63,295 bases of DNA, filler included, from 10 parts of 10 records of this genome joined end to end with filler, not necessarily neighbours in it; one strand, 5' to 3'. Positions 36,867 to 50,211 are shown, counted from the whole stretch's first letter. Notes: generated by a model from the letters alone, not told the origin. Program-made: numbers and translations.

Positions 36867-37685
36867 TTAAATCAGGTGGCTATAAATGAACTGGGCAATG
36901 CTGTCGGTGGTGTTATCACCAATCACAATGTTGGCGCGCGCTTTTACCGCGTCATCGGCGTTGCCCATCGCCACGCCTGTACCAGCGGCTTCCAGCATAC
37001 TGATATCATTAAAGTTATCGCCGAATGCCACGACGTTTTCCATCGACCAACCTTGCGCCTCAACCCATTTCGTCAAACGTTTACCTTTGCTGTTGCCGCC
37101 GCGTGCAATATCAACCTGATCGTGCCAGGACCATTCACACTCCAGTCCCAGTTCATGTTCGACATGCTTACCAAAATGCTGCAATTGCGGCAGGTCATCG
37201 TGCGTCAGGGCGAACTTCCATACGGCGTTAACTTGTTGCGCCGTTTCAGCCAGAGAAGCGACTTGTGTGAAAGTCGGACGCTGTTCCGGCGGCAGGGTTT
37301 GCGCCCAGTTAGATGTGCGAATGACATGCCCGGTCGGGTGCTCATAGACCATTGCATCATCGACATACATCAGACCGTGAATGTGGTGTTCATTCAGCAT
37401 CTCAATGAGTTGCAGGGCTTTAATAACGGGCATTGGGTCCGCTTCCAGCACGGTTTTTGCATGATAATCATACAAATAGGTGCCATTACAGCAAATAGCA
37501 GGTGTATCCAGCGCCAGCGCCTGATAAAAAGGATGAATAGCGACGTGATGGCGACCTGTGACGATGATTAATTGATAGCCTGCTTCGCGAGCGCGGGCCA
37601 GGGCTTCTATCGATGAAGGAAGCAGGGTCTTTTTCGGGGTCAATAAGGTGCCGTCTAAGTCGAGAGCAATCACGCGTGTGGTCAT
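36867..37685 (-). CDS. ybhA: Pyridoxal phosphatase (Cof-type HAD)
   Basis: DLDGTLL, GDNFND. Confidence 0.95.
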   Translation of the reverse strand: MTTRVIALDLDGTLLTPKKTLLPSSIEALARAREAGYQLIIVTGRHHVAIHPFYQALALDTPAICCNGTYLYDYHAKTVLEADPMPVIKALQLIEMLNEHHIHGLMYVDDAMVYEHPTGHVIRTSNWAQTLPPEQRPTFTQVASLAETAQQVNAVWKFALTHDDLPQLQHFGKHVEHELGLECEWSWHDQVDIARGGNSKGKRLTKWVEAQGWSMENVVAFGDNFNDISMLEAAGTGVAMGNADDAVKARANIVIGDNTTDSIAQFIYSHLI

Positions 37686-37803
37686 GGCGTATTCCAGATT
37701 AAGGTTAAGAATTTTCGTCTGCGCGAATGGTACACCGATACCACTATCGGACAAAATTCTGCGTTTTAATTCAGCATTCACCGCCAAAAGCGACTAATTT
37801 TAG

Positions 37804-38835
<1,032 letters not shown>

Positions 38836-38875
38836 CCGCTGATTTACCCGGCGCAGTCTCTCCTGCGCCGGTGTA

Positions 38876-39829
38876 TTAACCTATCTCCTGTAACGCGTGT
38901 CTCTGGCGTTCGACGATATTGGTCCACAAATTGTCTTTATCGTCAGTCCATAAATTAATCAGCAAGGCAAAAAAGCGTTCTGCTGCTGGAGAAAGTACGG
39001 CATCTTTACGGCGAATTATTCCCAATGTTCGACGTATAACGGGTTCCACCAATGGGATACCAATAATCGAAGAATAGGGCGCATGAGGCATTGCCAGGCC
39101 AGGAAGCGCCGAAATCCCCAGTCCCGCCTCCACCAGTCCTAATGACGTCGAAAGATGACGCACTTCGTAAAACCAGTCCAGCTTCCAGGGCTTGTCGGCC
39201 AGCTGTTGTTCTATCAACAGTCGGTTGCCGCTGGAGGAGCGTACGCCAATCATTTTGTAACCCACTAACTCCTGCCATTCTACAAGCTGCTTTTTGGCCA
39301 ATGGATGGTCACGCCGACAGGCCAGCACGAACGGCTCGTTGACCAGTGGGGTAAAATCAATGGATGAATTTGTGACGTTGTTCATGTTTATGCCAAAGTC
39401 TGATTCGTTACACAGCACCGATTCCATGCAATTATTCGTGCCTTGTTCCAGAATCCGCACTTTAATATTGGGATACAGCTCATTAAATTTACCGATTGCC
39501 AGCGGTAAAAAATAAAATACTGCGGTCGGAATACACGCTAACGTCACCATACCACGATGATAAGCATTCATATCACGAATATTAAAAAGCGTTTCATCGA
39601 ATTTCTTTATTAATTCCCGCGCCTCCGGGAGCAACCTTTTTCCTGCTTTTGTTAACGTAACCTTGCGAGTTGTACGCTCAAATAGTTGAACATGTAAATC
39701 TTCCTCCATCTTTTTTATTCTTCGCGTTAATGCAGGTTGCGTAATATTGAGTAATTTAGCGGCATTGTTAAACGAACTGGACTCTGCCAGTATGACAAAT
39801 GCCTTCATACTTGATAATTCATGCTTCAT
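38876..39829 (-). CDS. ybhD: LysR-family regulator YbhD
   Basis: TQPALTRRIKKME..LFERTTR. Confidence 0.93.
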   Translation of the reverse strand: MKHELSSMKAFVILAESSSFNNAAKLLNITQPALTRRIKKMEEDLHVQLFERTTRKVTLTKAGKRLLPEARELIKKFDETLFNIRDMNAYHRGMVTLACIPTAVFYFLPLAIGKFNELYPNIKVRILEQGTNNCMESVLCNESDFGINMNNVTNSSIDFTPLVNEPFVLACRRDHPLAKKQLVEWQELVGYKMIGVRSSSGNRLLIEQQLADKPWKLDWFYEVRHLSTSLGLVEAGLGISALPGLAMPHAPYSSIIGIPLVEPVIRRTLGIIRRKDAVLSPAAERFFALLINLWTDDKDNLWTNIVERQRHALQEIG

Positions 39830-40012
39830 TATTACTCCGGAAAATGGAAGCGACGATTTTGGGTGGCTGGCCGTTAAAAATTTTAACTGCATTTAGCCAA
39901 CTTAAATTAATGAAAAAATGTTATTAATCGTTGAGCTAAAGTCATTAGAGATGCTTTGCCCTTAATGTAACCATATCGCAATAAGTTATGTTTTTAAATT
40001 GAGGGCATTATT

Positions 40013-41065
40013 ATGAAAAAAATACCCTGCGTGATGATGCGAGGTGGAACCTCGAGGGGCGCGTTCCTGTTAGCGGAACATTTACCCGAAGATCAAACGC
40101 AGCGCGATAAAATATTGATGGCAATTATGGGTTCCGGTAACGATCTGGAAATTGACGGTATTGGCGGCGGTAATCCACTGACCAGTAAAGTCGCCATTAT
40201 TAGCCGTTCCAGCGATCCGCGTGCTGATGTCGATTATCTGTTTGCGCAGGTAATCGTTCATGAGCAACGTGTCGATACCACGCCTAACTGCGGCAATATG
40301 CTGTCTGGTGTTGGGGCATTCGCCATTGAAAATGGTTTGATTGCAGCGACTTCGCCAGTTACTCGCGTACGTATCCGCAACGTCAATACGGGTACGTTCA
40401 TCGAAGCTGATGTGCAAACGCCAAATGGTGTTGTCGAGTACGAGGGTAGCGCCAGAATTGACGGCGTACCGGGTACTGCCGCACCGGTTGCGCTCACTTT
40501 CCTGAATGCCGCTGGAACCAAAACCGGAAAAGTTTTCCCGACTGATAATCAGATTGATTATTTTGACGATGTCCCGGTGACCTGTATCGATATGGCGATG
40601 CCAGTCGTCATTATTCCGGCTGAATATCTGGGAAAAACAGGTTATGAATTACCGGCGGAACTGGATGCCGACAAAGCATTATTAGCCCGCATTGAATCTA
40701 TCCGTCTACAAGCGGGTAAAGCAATGGGCTTAGGTGATGTCAGTAATATGGTTATCCCTAAACCTGTGCTTATTTCTCCAGCGCAGAAAGGCGGGGCAAT
40801 TAATGTGCGTTATTTTATGCCGCATTCTTGCCATCGCGCGCTGGCGATAACCGGTGCTATTGCTATTTCCAGTAGTTGTGCATTGGAAGGCACCGTCACC
40901 CGACAAATCGTCCCTTCTGTAGGATACGGCAATATCAATATTGAACACCCCAGTGGTGCGCTCGACGTTCATTTAAGTAATGAAGGTCAGGATGCCACGA
41001 CGTTACGCGCATCTGTTATTCGGACGACCAGAAAAATATTTTCCGGTGAAGTTTATCTTCCCTGA
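40013..41065 (+). CDS. ybhH: PrpF/4-oxalomesaconate tautomerase family isomerase YbhH
   Basis: MRGGTSRG, NCGNM, IEHPSG. Confidence 0.93.
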   Translation: MKKIPCVMMRGGTSRGAFLLAEHLPEDQTQRDKILMAIMGSGNDLEIDGIGGGNPLTSKVAIISRSSDPRADVDYLFAQVIVHEQRVDTTPNCGNMLSGVGAFAIENGLIAATSPVTRVRIRNVNTGTFIEADVQTPNGVVEYEGSARIDGVPGTAAPVALTFLNAAGTKTGKVFPTDNQIDYFDDVPVTCIDMAMPVVIIPAEYLGKTGYELPAELDADKALLARIESIRLQAGKAMGLGDVSNMVIPKPVLISPAQKGGAINVRYFMPHSCHRALAITGAIAISSSCALEGTVTRQIVPSVGYGNINIEHPSGALDVHLSNEGQDATTLRASVIRTTRKIFSGEVYLP

Positions 41066-41140
41066 AAAAATTCGTTGTCAGGATAAGGACAATCAATAAA
41101 GGACTTCTGTATGAGTCATACAGAAAGAACAGGATTTTAA

Positions 41141-42574
41141 ATGAATAAGAAATCGTTATGGAAGCTAATTCTGATATTAGCGATCCCATGTATTATTGGT
41201 TTTATGCCAGCTCCGGCAGGATTAAGCGAACTGGCGTGGGTGCTTTTTGGTATTTACCTGGCGGCCATTGTGGGGCTGGTTATCAAGCCTTTCCCGGAAC
41301 CTGTCGTACTGTTAATTGCCGTTGCTGCCTCAATGGTGGTGGTCGGTAACTTATCCGACGGTGCGTTTAAAACCACCGCCGTATTAAGCGGTTACTCTTC
41401 AGGTACCACCTGGCTGGTGTTCTCGGCGTTTACCTTAAGCGCCGCATTTGTGACCACCGGTTTAGGTAAACGTATTGCCTATCTGCTGATTGGTAAAATC
41501 GGTAACACCACGCTGGGTCTGGGTTACGTTACGGTATTCCTCGATCTGGTACTGGCTCCGGCAACACCGTCTAACACCGCGCGTGCGGGCGGCATTGTGT
41601 TACCGATCATCAACAGCGTGGCGGTGGCTTTGGGGTCCGAACCGGAAAAAAGTCCGCGTCGTGTCGGACATTACCTGATGATGTCCATTTACATGGTCAC
41701 CAAAACCACCAGCTATATGTTCTTTACCGCAATGGCGGGGAACATTCTGGCGCTGAAAATGATCAACGACATTCTGCACCTGCAAATTAGCTGGGGTGGA
41801 TGGGCGCTGGCAGCCGGATTGCCGGGCATCATTATGCTGCTGGTCACCCCGCTGGTGATTTACACCATGTATCCACCAGAAATTAAGAAGGTGGATAACA
41901 AAACCATCGCTAAAGCGGGCCTTGCCGAACTAGGACCGATGAAAATCCGCGAAAAAATGCTGCTCGGTGTCTTTGTGCTGGCGCTGCTGGGCTGGATTTT
42001 CAGTAAGTCTCTGGGGGTTGATGAATCCACCGTGGCAATCGTTGTTATGGCAACCATGCTGCTGCTGGGTATCGTTACCTGGGAAGACGTGGTTAAAAAT
42101 AAAGGCGGCTGGAATACCTTAATCTGGTACGGCGGTATTATCGGCTTAAGCTCCTTATTATCGAAAGTTAAATTCTTCGAATGGTTAGCTGAAGTCTTTA
42201 AAAATAACCTGGCATTTGATGGTCACGGTAACGTTGCTTTCTTCGTTATTATTTTCCTCAGCATTATCGTGCGTTATTTCTTCGCTTCCGGTAGTGCCTA
42301 TATCGTTGCTATGTTACCGGTATTTGCCATGCTGGCGAACGTCTCCGGCGCACCGTTAATGTTAACCGCGCTGGCACTGTTGTTCTCCAACTCCTATGGC
42401 GGCATGGTTACTCACTATGGCGGCGCGGCAGGTCCGGTCATCTTTGGCGTGGGTTATAACGATATTAAATCCTGGTGGTTGGTCGGTGCGGTACTGACGA
42501 TATTAACCTTCCTGGTGCATATCACCCTCGGCGTGTGGTGGTGGAATATGCTGATCGGCTGGAACATGCTGTAA
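41141..42574 (+). CDS. ybhI: DASS-family anion/tricarboxylate transporter YbhI
   Basis: PSNTARAGG, THYG. Confidence 0.93.
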   Translation: MNKKSLWKLILILAIPCIIGFMPAPAGLSELAWVLFGIYLAAIVGLVIKPFPEPVVLLIAVAASMVVVGNLSDGAFKTTAVLSGYSSGTTWLVFSAFTLSAAFVTTGLGKRIAYLLIGKIGNTTLGLGYVTVFLDLVLAPATPSNTARAGGIVLPIINSVAVALGSEPEKSPRRVGHYLMMSIYMVTKTTSYMFFTAMAGNILALKMINDILHLQISWGGWALAAGLPGIIMLLVTPLVIYTMYPPEIKKVDNKTIAKAGLAELGPMKIREKMLLGVFVLALLGWIFSKSLGVDESTVAIVVMATMLLLGIVTWEDVVKNKGGWNTLIWYGGIIGLSSLLSKVKFFEWLAEVFKNNLAFDGHGNVAFFVIIFLSIIVRYFFASGSAYIVAMLPVFAMLANVSGAPLMLTALALLFSNSYGGMVTHYGGAAGPVIFGVGYNDIKSWWLVGAVLTILTFLVHITLGVWWWNMLIGWNML

Positions 42575-42575
42575 A

Positions 42576-42609
42576 TATTCTCGTCATACTTCAAGTTGCA
42601 TGTGCTGCG
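42576..42609. repeat. ERIC/IRU repeat start, truncated by contig end
   Basis: tattctcgtcatacttcaagttgcatgtgctgcg. Confidence 0.8.
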
Positions 42610-42734
42610 NNNNNNNNNNNNNNNNNNNNNNNNNNNNNNNNNNNNNNNNNNNNTTAATTAATTAANNNNNNNNNNNNNNNNNNNNNNNNNNNNNNNNNNN
42701 NNNNNNNNNCACACACACACACACACACACACAC

Positions 42735-44570
42735 CTTGGAGAACGCCACAGTATGCAGCGGCCCTCCTCGCACGACCGCCACCGCCAGCACAATCTGCCC
42801 CGCAGCCGGCAGCGCCATGACAGAGCGTCCGGTGGGGGACGACAACGCACGCATGGTGACCGCATGCACGTCCCGCAGGCCGATGGTGGGCGCGGGGGCA
42901 CGCACTGGTGATGACGGCGATGATGACAGGGGAACGGTGGAGGTGGTGGTGGGTGCGGAGAGTGTGTGGTTGGTGACAGGTTGGTGGTTGTGGTTGTGTG
43001 GGAGGGAGGAGGAAGGGCTGGTGAGAGAGGGTGACGCGATGGGGATGGACGGTGTGTGGGTGTGGGGGGAGTGAGCGGGAGTCTGTGTGACAGTGGGAGC
43101 AGCGGCGCAGGGAGTGGATAGGGGCACAGATGGGGAGGGCGGTACGGCTAATGATTTGAGTGGAGGCGGACATGACGATTGCGGTGGTTGTGGTTGTTGT
43201 TGAAGCAGAGATAGGATAGCCTCTCTGCAAAACATACAGATTGTTTCAGAGACCAGAGGCGCCACAATACGGCGCAGTACGGGTCATCACACTTGCTACA
43301 CAGCACCGACCGCGGGCTGCAGTATAACAACACCACCATCACACCAACACACAGCGACGCACACACCAGTTCAGCTGCAACGACATACCGGCATATGTTG
43401 AGCATGTACCGCGCGTCACCTTTCTGTCTGCTCACCTTCTTCGCTGCAAAGTCGACCGCTGCGAAATCCATGACAGGCGCACCAACCATGCCCAACCGCA
43501 ATTTGACGATGTTTCCAAGTTGTTGTTCGCTGTACGGCGCAAACGGTACATGCACTGTGCTGCTTGGTAAAATGTTTTCCGTCACGAGAGCCAAGTCGTT
43601 CGAGATTCCCAAGATGATGAGACGAGATGTAGGGAAGACGACCCGATCGGACCAGCGAAACAGTGTTCGGATGATAGTTTGGTTGACCGAGACGAGAGAA
43701 TCAAGCTCGTCGACAATCAGCACACACATGGGACCACGAGGTTCCATCAGCGCTGTCTGCAGATGTTGCTGTGCGCTCGTCCTCCCGCGTCGCGTCAACT
43801 CCAACTTTTTCAGAATAGATGCATAGACTGCACTCGGAGTAACCTCCGCAAACGCGTTCACGTATGCTGATTTCACAAGCGGAAATCGACCAGTAAGGTC
43901 CCGCATAACTTCTCGAATAGTGAGCGTCTTGCCAGTTCCAGGGAGACCGCTGACATAAATACTGGTGCTGTGTTGATTCTCGATCGCCTACGAATCCGAT
44001 ACAGCTCTAAGCACGATTCGCGACGATGAACTAACGGTACCTGAGTAAGCGCAGCGGATATCAGTTCTTGTTCCGACTCGCGCCCGACAACCTTGTCGGG
44101 AATGTAGTCCACTTGCAACACTTCCAACGCCCGCGACAGCGAATCGAACTCATCGTACTTGCGTTTTCGTACTTGCGGTGGCATCAATCCCACCATTCAC
44201 AGCACGCAGTGAAACCGGCCAAACTAACGCCAGCCTCAACCCCACGTCCAAAATGACGCATGGAACAAACGCAATTCATGAGACCACACCACACATCGCA
44301 ATATCGCAGAAAGCTTATTTTGTCAGGTTCTCCTCTAACTGTAGAGGTGTTTCCGATCGGAAGCGGAACCCCGGGCTTTGTTGTGGCTTGCGTGCTGTGT
44401 TGTGTGCGCCGCAAAAAGAACCTACTTTCGAAGCCTTGCTCCGCTGCGACCCGCGTCCTCTCGCTGGTCGTCTTTTCGTTTGTCTCTTTGGTACCGTGGA
44501 CAGCAGCCACATGCAGCGCGACCGGAGAAAGCGGGGGAACGAATTACTCACGGTATGAGTACCTCGCATC
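42735..44570 (-). CDS. CDC6: Cdc6/Orc1-family replication licensing AAA+ ATPase (Cdc6-like), spliced; 5' end uncertain, 3' end truncated
   Basis: PDKVVGRESE; SIYVSGLPGTGKT (Walker A); LIVDELDSL (Walker B); LILGISNDL; FAPYSEQQL..RL; GDARYMLNICR. Confidence 0.85.
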
Positions 44571-44910
44571 TTGTGGCACATGCGGCGCTGTGTTGGACGG
44601 AGGTGGTAATTGTTGTGATGTAGGCGGCTCGCAAAGGCAATGTCGATATCGTAGAACAGGTTCTCACCGCCGATCGAGGTCTAGTTGATTACCCGGACAA
44701 GAAGGTAATTTGCGACTCACATGAAAGTGCTACATGGGATCGCTGCTAAANNNNNNNNNNNNNNNNNNNNNNNNNNNNNNNNNNNNNNNNNNNNTTAATT
44801 AATTAANNNNNNNNNNNNNNNNNNNNNNNNNNNNNNNNNNNNNNNNNNNNTGTACACACACGCACACGCACATACACATACAAACACCACACGGGCACGA
44901 GATCACGTAC

Positions 44911-45961
44911 CAAGCGCCAGCACCCAGGACACAATGAACGAGGCCTGTATGAGCTCATCCACAATACTCGAGCGCAGGTTGTACTCCACCCAGAACGAAC
45001 CCAGCAGCAGCAGCGTACACAACAGCAGCAACTGCAGCCCCGCGAGGAGATTATGCAACGGGAGCAGTCGTTGTTTCATGGCGCGGTTGATGCATCCGAT
45101 GAGCTTGTTGGTGAGCCAAATGCCCACGGTAATGCATCCGATGATGAGCAGAAGGCCGCCCAGAGAGAGCGTGGAGACCCCGCGCAGGATATCACCAAAC
45201 ACGAGGTCCAACAGAAAACAAAGCAGCACGCCGGAGGGCGCGTAGTTCACAATAAATAAAACAAACAGCAGCGCGATCATGCCCACAAAGGCGAGCACGT
45301 CCGGCACACCGCGCATCCATGTCGTGAACGTGAACAGGTACCCCGAGTTGCGCTTCATCTGCGCCGTAAACCGCCCTATCCAGGCCTCCGGGGGGATACT
45401 GACACCCTCGTGCCGCGCCCAGTCCACAAACGCACTGCCTGTGTACCCGCCTCCCGAGACACAGCTCAGATACTCGACATCTCGCCAGTCCGGGTGCTTC
45501 ACAAACTCATTCAGCACGCCGCAGAAGAACGCGGCGGAACGGATGCCGCCTCCGCTGGCTGAGATTCCGATGCGACGTTCCGATCCGGCCAAGAGAGCAG
45601 CAGGTGGCGGCTGCAGCGTACCCGAGGGAGCAACCGATATATCAATGCTGGAGCTGTCGATCACCGTGGAGGTCGTGTTGGTGACCGGGATGGTGGCGGA
45701 GGATAGCGACACAATGGGCGGAAGCATGATCGGCGGCGGGACTGTTTTGGGTGACGCAAAAGTATCGGGGCGCTCATAGTAGTTCGTCTCGTCATCGTCT
45801 TCGAAATCGGCCAATGGCGGGGGCGCGACGATTCGACTGCTGACGGAGGGAGTACCTACTGTCGAGCCCGTCCGAGTGTGGGTAGCTGGGGTCGGCGGCG
45901 CGGTAGCCGACACCACAGGTTCTATCGGAACATTCGATGAAGTCGCGGAAGATGACTCCAT
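44911..45961 (-). CDS. Membrane-bound patatin/cPLA2-like lipase, first exon (truncated by contig end)
   Basis: S/T/P-rich N-terminus, SGGGIRS oxyanion motif, YLSCVSGGGY nucleophile elbow, then about four hydrophobic helices; ends at donor g|gtacgt. Confidence 0.8.
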
Positions 45962-46667
45962 GAGTGAAGCCGCGTGCACCCTAACTGAACTTCACGTTCA
46001 ACACTCACCTAACTTTACACCAATGAAACGATCCGCTCGATTCCCCACGCACCCATCTATGAAGTGTTGCGAATATCCATCTGATCTCAGCAACGTATGA
46101 CCCTGCACACGCGACGCGAGCCAAAAATGCTGACAAGCGAGATTGCGCGAGACCTGAAATCACACGAACATGAAAACCGCTTGGGTGAACGCATGTGGCG
46201 GGTCAGGCCATTGTACCAGGAGGTAGCTGCCCCACTGTTGCACACATAAATGCATAGCTGTGTAGTGGTCCGTGGAAATTACACAATGTCAGGCAGAATC
46301 CGTCGTGTTCGAGATCGGCGTGACAGCACCAGCGGAGGCCACGTTTCTCAGTCTCAGTAGCGAACATCAGAGACATCTGCGTAATATGAGCAGCTTGAGG
46401 GGTTCAGAAGATTCCTAGCTTTCCATCGTGACTTGAAAACTAATATCGTTTAAACTTTCCACCCACACACCGGGAATCATGGAATTATTGACTGCGGTCC
46501 ACTCAACCACAGCTCGCATCGAAACGGACTCAGTACTTGCACCAGCTTTGTTACTGCATGTCGCTGTCGCGCAAACTATAGCACAACAGCTAGAGATACG
46601 CATCTAGCGAGAAACCTGCTCCATTGCGATTGCCTTCTGATTGTATCAGGACAACTCGTACCATTAA

Positions 46668-47270
46668 ATGATGCCCAATATCAACTGGCATGCGGTATTC
46701 CTAATCGCGTGGATATTCCTCACAGTTCCGGCGCTGGGATTGATCATCCAAATCACCGTGGACTATCCTTATTTGACGGGAATCCCGTACTTGCAATCAA
46801 TCATATCTGCATTTCGGGGCAGTGGAATGCTGATTCTGCTCACTGTCTACTTTGCAACCAATGTCACGGCCTGGACTCGTGCGCGTTTGGATTACACGCG
46901 CCTGTTGCACATAGATCCAGCACCCACGGAGAAGAGCACGCGAATCTATCACGTACGCGGGATTCCCTCTCTTTCCTGGCGTTCTGTTTCCTTTCCGTCT
47001 CGTGTTTCTCCATTCTATCTTGCTTCCCCCTTGCTCCCTATCCTCTGCAATCACACACACACATTCACTCACACGGGCACTAGTGGGGCTTCTGTTTCTT
47101 CACGTTCTGGGCGTGGTCCCTCTATCTCTGCATGGCCGGCCTGCGGGAGCGTGTGTCCGTCTTTGGCATTCCATACTGGGTCTATCCGCTCGTGTTCTTC
47201 GTGGGGGCACTGGCTGCGCTCCTGCTGCCGTTCGATTTTTGTGGGCGCGCCGGGCGGAGTTGGATTCTGC
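46668..47270 (+). CDS. EXS-family (XPR1/ERD1/PHO1-like) membrane protein, first two exons (46668-46952, 47084-47270)
   Basis: FRG..L....N...W.R..LDY..L..IDP, then YPL...LLLPFD...R.GR.WIL, resembling the XPR1 TM core; GT-AG intron in phase 0. Confidence 0.7.
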
Positions 47271-47413
47271 GTATGTCCTACTTGTGTGTGTGTGCGTGTG
47301 TGTATGTGTTTGTNNNNNNNNNNNNNNNNNNNNNNNNNNNNNNNNNNNNNNNNNNNNTTAATTAATTAANNNNNNNNNNNNNNNNNNNNNNNNNNNNNNN
47401 NNNNNNNNNNNNN

Positions 47414-50211
47414 CCCTTGATGCTGAGCGAGGTTGAGCGAATACATCAGCAGAACCTCAGTGCTCTGGTGTTTCGTGGCGTACAAATCACGCACACGTCT
47501 GGTCCACAAATATGCCAGCACCGGTACCACCACCAACGCAATCAATAATATGATCGAGAAGAGGAACACGGCGATATGTCCCTCGGAAAGAAACGGCTAC
47601 ACAATGACAAAATATTTGAGTAAACATCAATCACCTGTCAGTCAAATCACGGTGCACACATTACGCATGGGCTCGCTGTAAACCAGTTGATACAAGCCAT
47701 ACTCACACTGTACGGCGTAGTGCATGTGAAACAGCCATTCGACCCCAGTCAAAGCACGTAAAGAATTGAGTCACGAAACAGCAAAACACGTACAATGTTC
47801 GGGTCCTCTTGCACCACCCATGCATCCTCCACGTAACTAGCCACCAGACCACCCAGGGCGTTGGTGGCCAAAATTTCCAAAACGAATGTCAGCAGTGCCA
47901 TGGAAGTGCGGGTACACCGAAACACCTGTTGTGAATAGAATAGGGGAAACGTGAGAGAGTGCCAGTGCTGATTATAACCATAGAGACGCATGCATAAATT
48001 GGGGAACATACACACAGAATGCACACTTAGTTCGTCTGTATGTGGACGCAATCGTGAAGGATATAAAAGTCGACGGCGAACACCTTTGATTAGGCCCGAG
48101 AGTTACTTTGCGCACACACCACACTTCTTTTCCCACGTTCACATATCCATGAAACACAGACACATGCACACGGAACAATTATTAATATTCAAGGTACATA
48201 CAAAGTCCACTCGATTGAGACGTTGCTGATCTGCAAGCTGTTTTGGGTTCTCCCTCGCAACGCGACGAGTGATCCACGAACGACGCACAAAACCCAAGAA
48301 GATCGTCAGAAGGCACAGCGCCCACAACCCAAGAATCACTACACGAGGGGCGCATGCAATCAGCTGAACGATTATAAAAAAATAACTGGTGTGTCGTGCT
48401 CGCAACCGGACATGCAGTCCTGTGCTGCAAAAATGTGACAACAGAAGGACACGGAGTATGCGTTTCACTCAACGATCACATCAAGCACCGACTCTCTTGC
48501 AGTGGTTTGCGTGTAGTGCGTACCTGATACGTTCACAGTAAACACATCCAGAAAGTTACTGATCCCAAAACAGCCTGGCTGACTGAACCGCACATCAGCC
48601 GCAAAGAGCCCGAGGATGGAGAACATTTGCTGAACAAGGGGTGGCAGACCGTAGGACCCCGTGTCAAATCCAATCACCCAAAGCATACTGCAGCAGAGTA
48701 AATTGTGTGAGCTAACACACACATACACACACGCACGCCACACATGCTTGTGTGTTTACACAAACAGAACGTCGTGGCCACGCGAAAGATAAAATGATGC
48801 AACCTACCAACACGGTCGTACACATCTTATACACTCGACTCCGCAAAGGGAAAACACAGATGTACTCGTGCAGTAGATGTTCGCGAAGCCATGATAAACA
48901 CAAACAATAAACGCACACAGGAACATAATATGCTCCACGTACCGGAGGCATTGGAACACAAACTGCAATTCAGTTACCACCGCATCGCTTGCAATCATCA
49001 CAGTGATACAGTACAGCGCAAGGAAGGCAAACTACGTAAGCACAGATGATGAGCGATGGAAGACACACGGGCATGAAACTAATGATGTGTTGAGCGTTGA
49101 TCATGGCAGAGACGTGTGCCCCGTCCATAGCATGCACACCCGGCATGTACCCACATGAGAGCCACATACAGGCCAGTGTACTCACTCAACAAGGCCGTTT
49201 CGCACACCACGCACCCACGCACAACACTAAAGCAGCTGTAATGTACATGCGCGTACCTGTGCGGCCATGATAAGACCCTGCAGTAACGGATCTCCACATG
49301 GCTTGCACTCACCGCTCTGGGAGTAATATCCTTCTGCGCAGCTGTAGCACAGGTCTCCGATATACCCTGCCGCGCCTGCACACACGAACACAATCATCCA
49401 CACAAGCATGAGAGACATTCAACCATGATGCAGAAACTGACTACGACGAGAAGTCGGTCCCATCAGAGTGTAGAATACGGTGAGTGCAAATAGGGTTATG
49501 CCTCATAATAGTTGTACACTGAAGATTGATGTAAAACGGTAATGGGAGAATCAGCTCTAGTTGAACGAAAGGGAGAGGTTCCTTCGCGCTCACAAGACGT
49601 ACACTGCGAGAATCGGCCACCCAAACAACGCTCTCGCGTTGCGCATAGAAACACTTGCCCCACGTATTCACTCGATGTCCACCTAACAAACGCGTTCAAG
49701 TTCATTCACACGCAAACACAATAACTGCATTAAAACGCTCACTCGCTCCCACAGATTTTGCAAACGGCGTCGCATTAGACGCAAGAAGCAGACAACGTTT
49801 GTGAGACACCCAGCTAAAAATACAATAACAAACACAGCGAAACACACAGCACACACCACATCCTAAAGGACGTACCAGCCAGGCAGAGGCCACATACGGT
49901 CACCTCCAGGGCACTCTGCTCCCACAGGACAGGGTACACAGCCTAACCCGCTGCCAAACTGGCCTACACGCACACACAAGGACAACAACCAAAGATTCAG
50001 TGTCCATAGCGGCACAACACAGCACATGAACTCTGTCTCAAGTCGCGCGCTCCCCAGGAAATTGCCGGACGCATACACGCGTATTTACAAGCAAATGCAC
50101 TGACGTATAGACCCACATCCGCGCAGCAGAAAAATAAACAGCGAATGTACACAATCGTATACAGTTATTCGCATGTAGTGCATACCTGGATACGGGCACG
50201 AGTCGGTATAA
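47414..50211 (-). CDS. Cys-rich ectodomain plus multi-TM protein, internal exons
   Basis: Exons CVPCPVGAECPGGDRMWPLPGW|W..CATRERCLGG..|CAAGYIGDLCYSCAEGYY..CKPC, then hydrophobic exons (PPLVQQMFSILGLF..QPGC; HIAVFLFSIILLIALVVVP). Confidence 0.7.

Noticed and set aside
38876..42574. AT-rich ybhD-ybhH-ybhI as a novel island
   Set aside because: Standard K-12 locus (LysR, PrpF-like isomerase, DASS transporter), though incompletely characterised.
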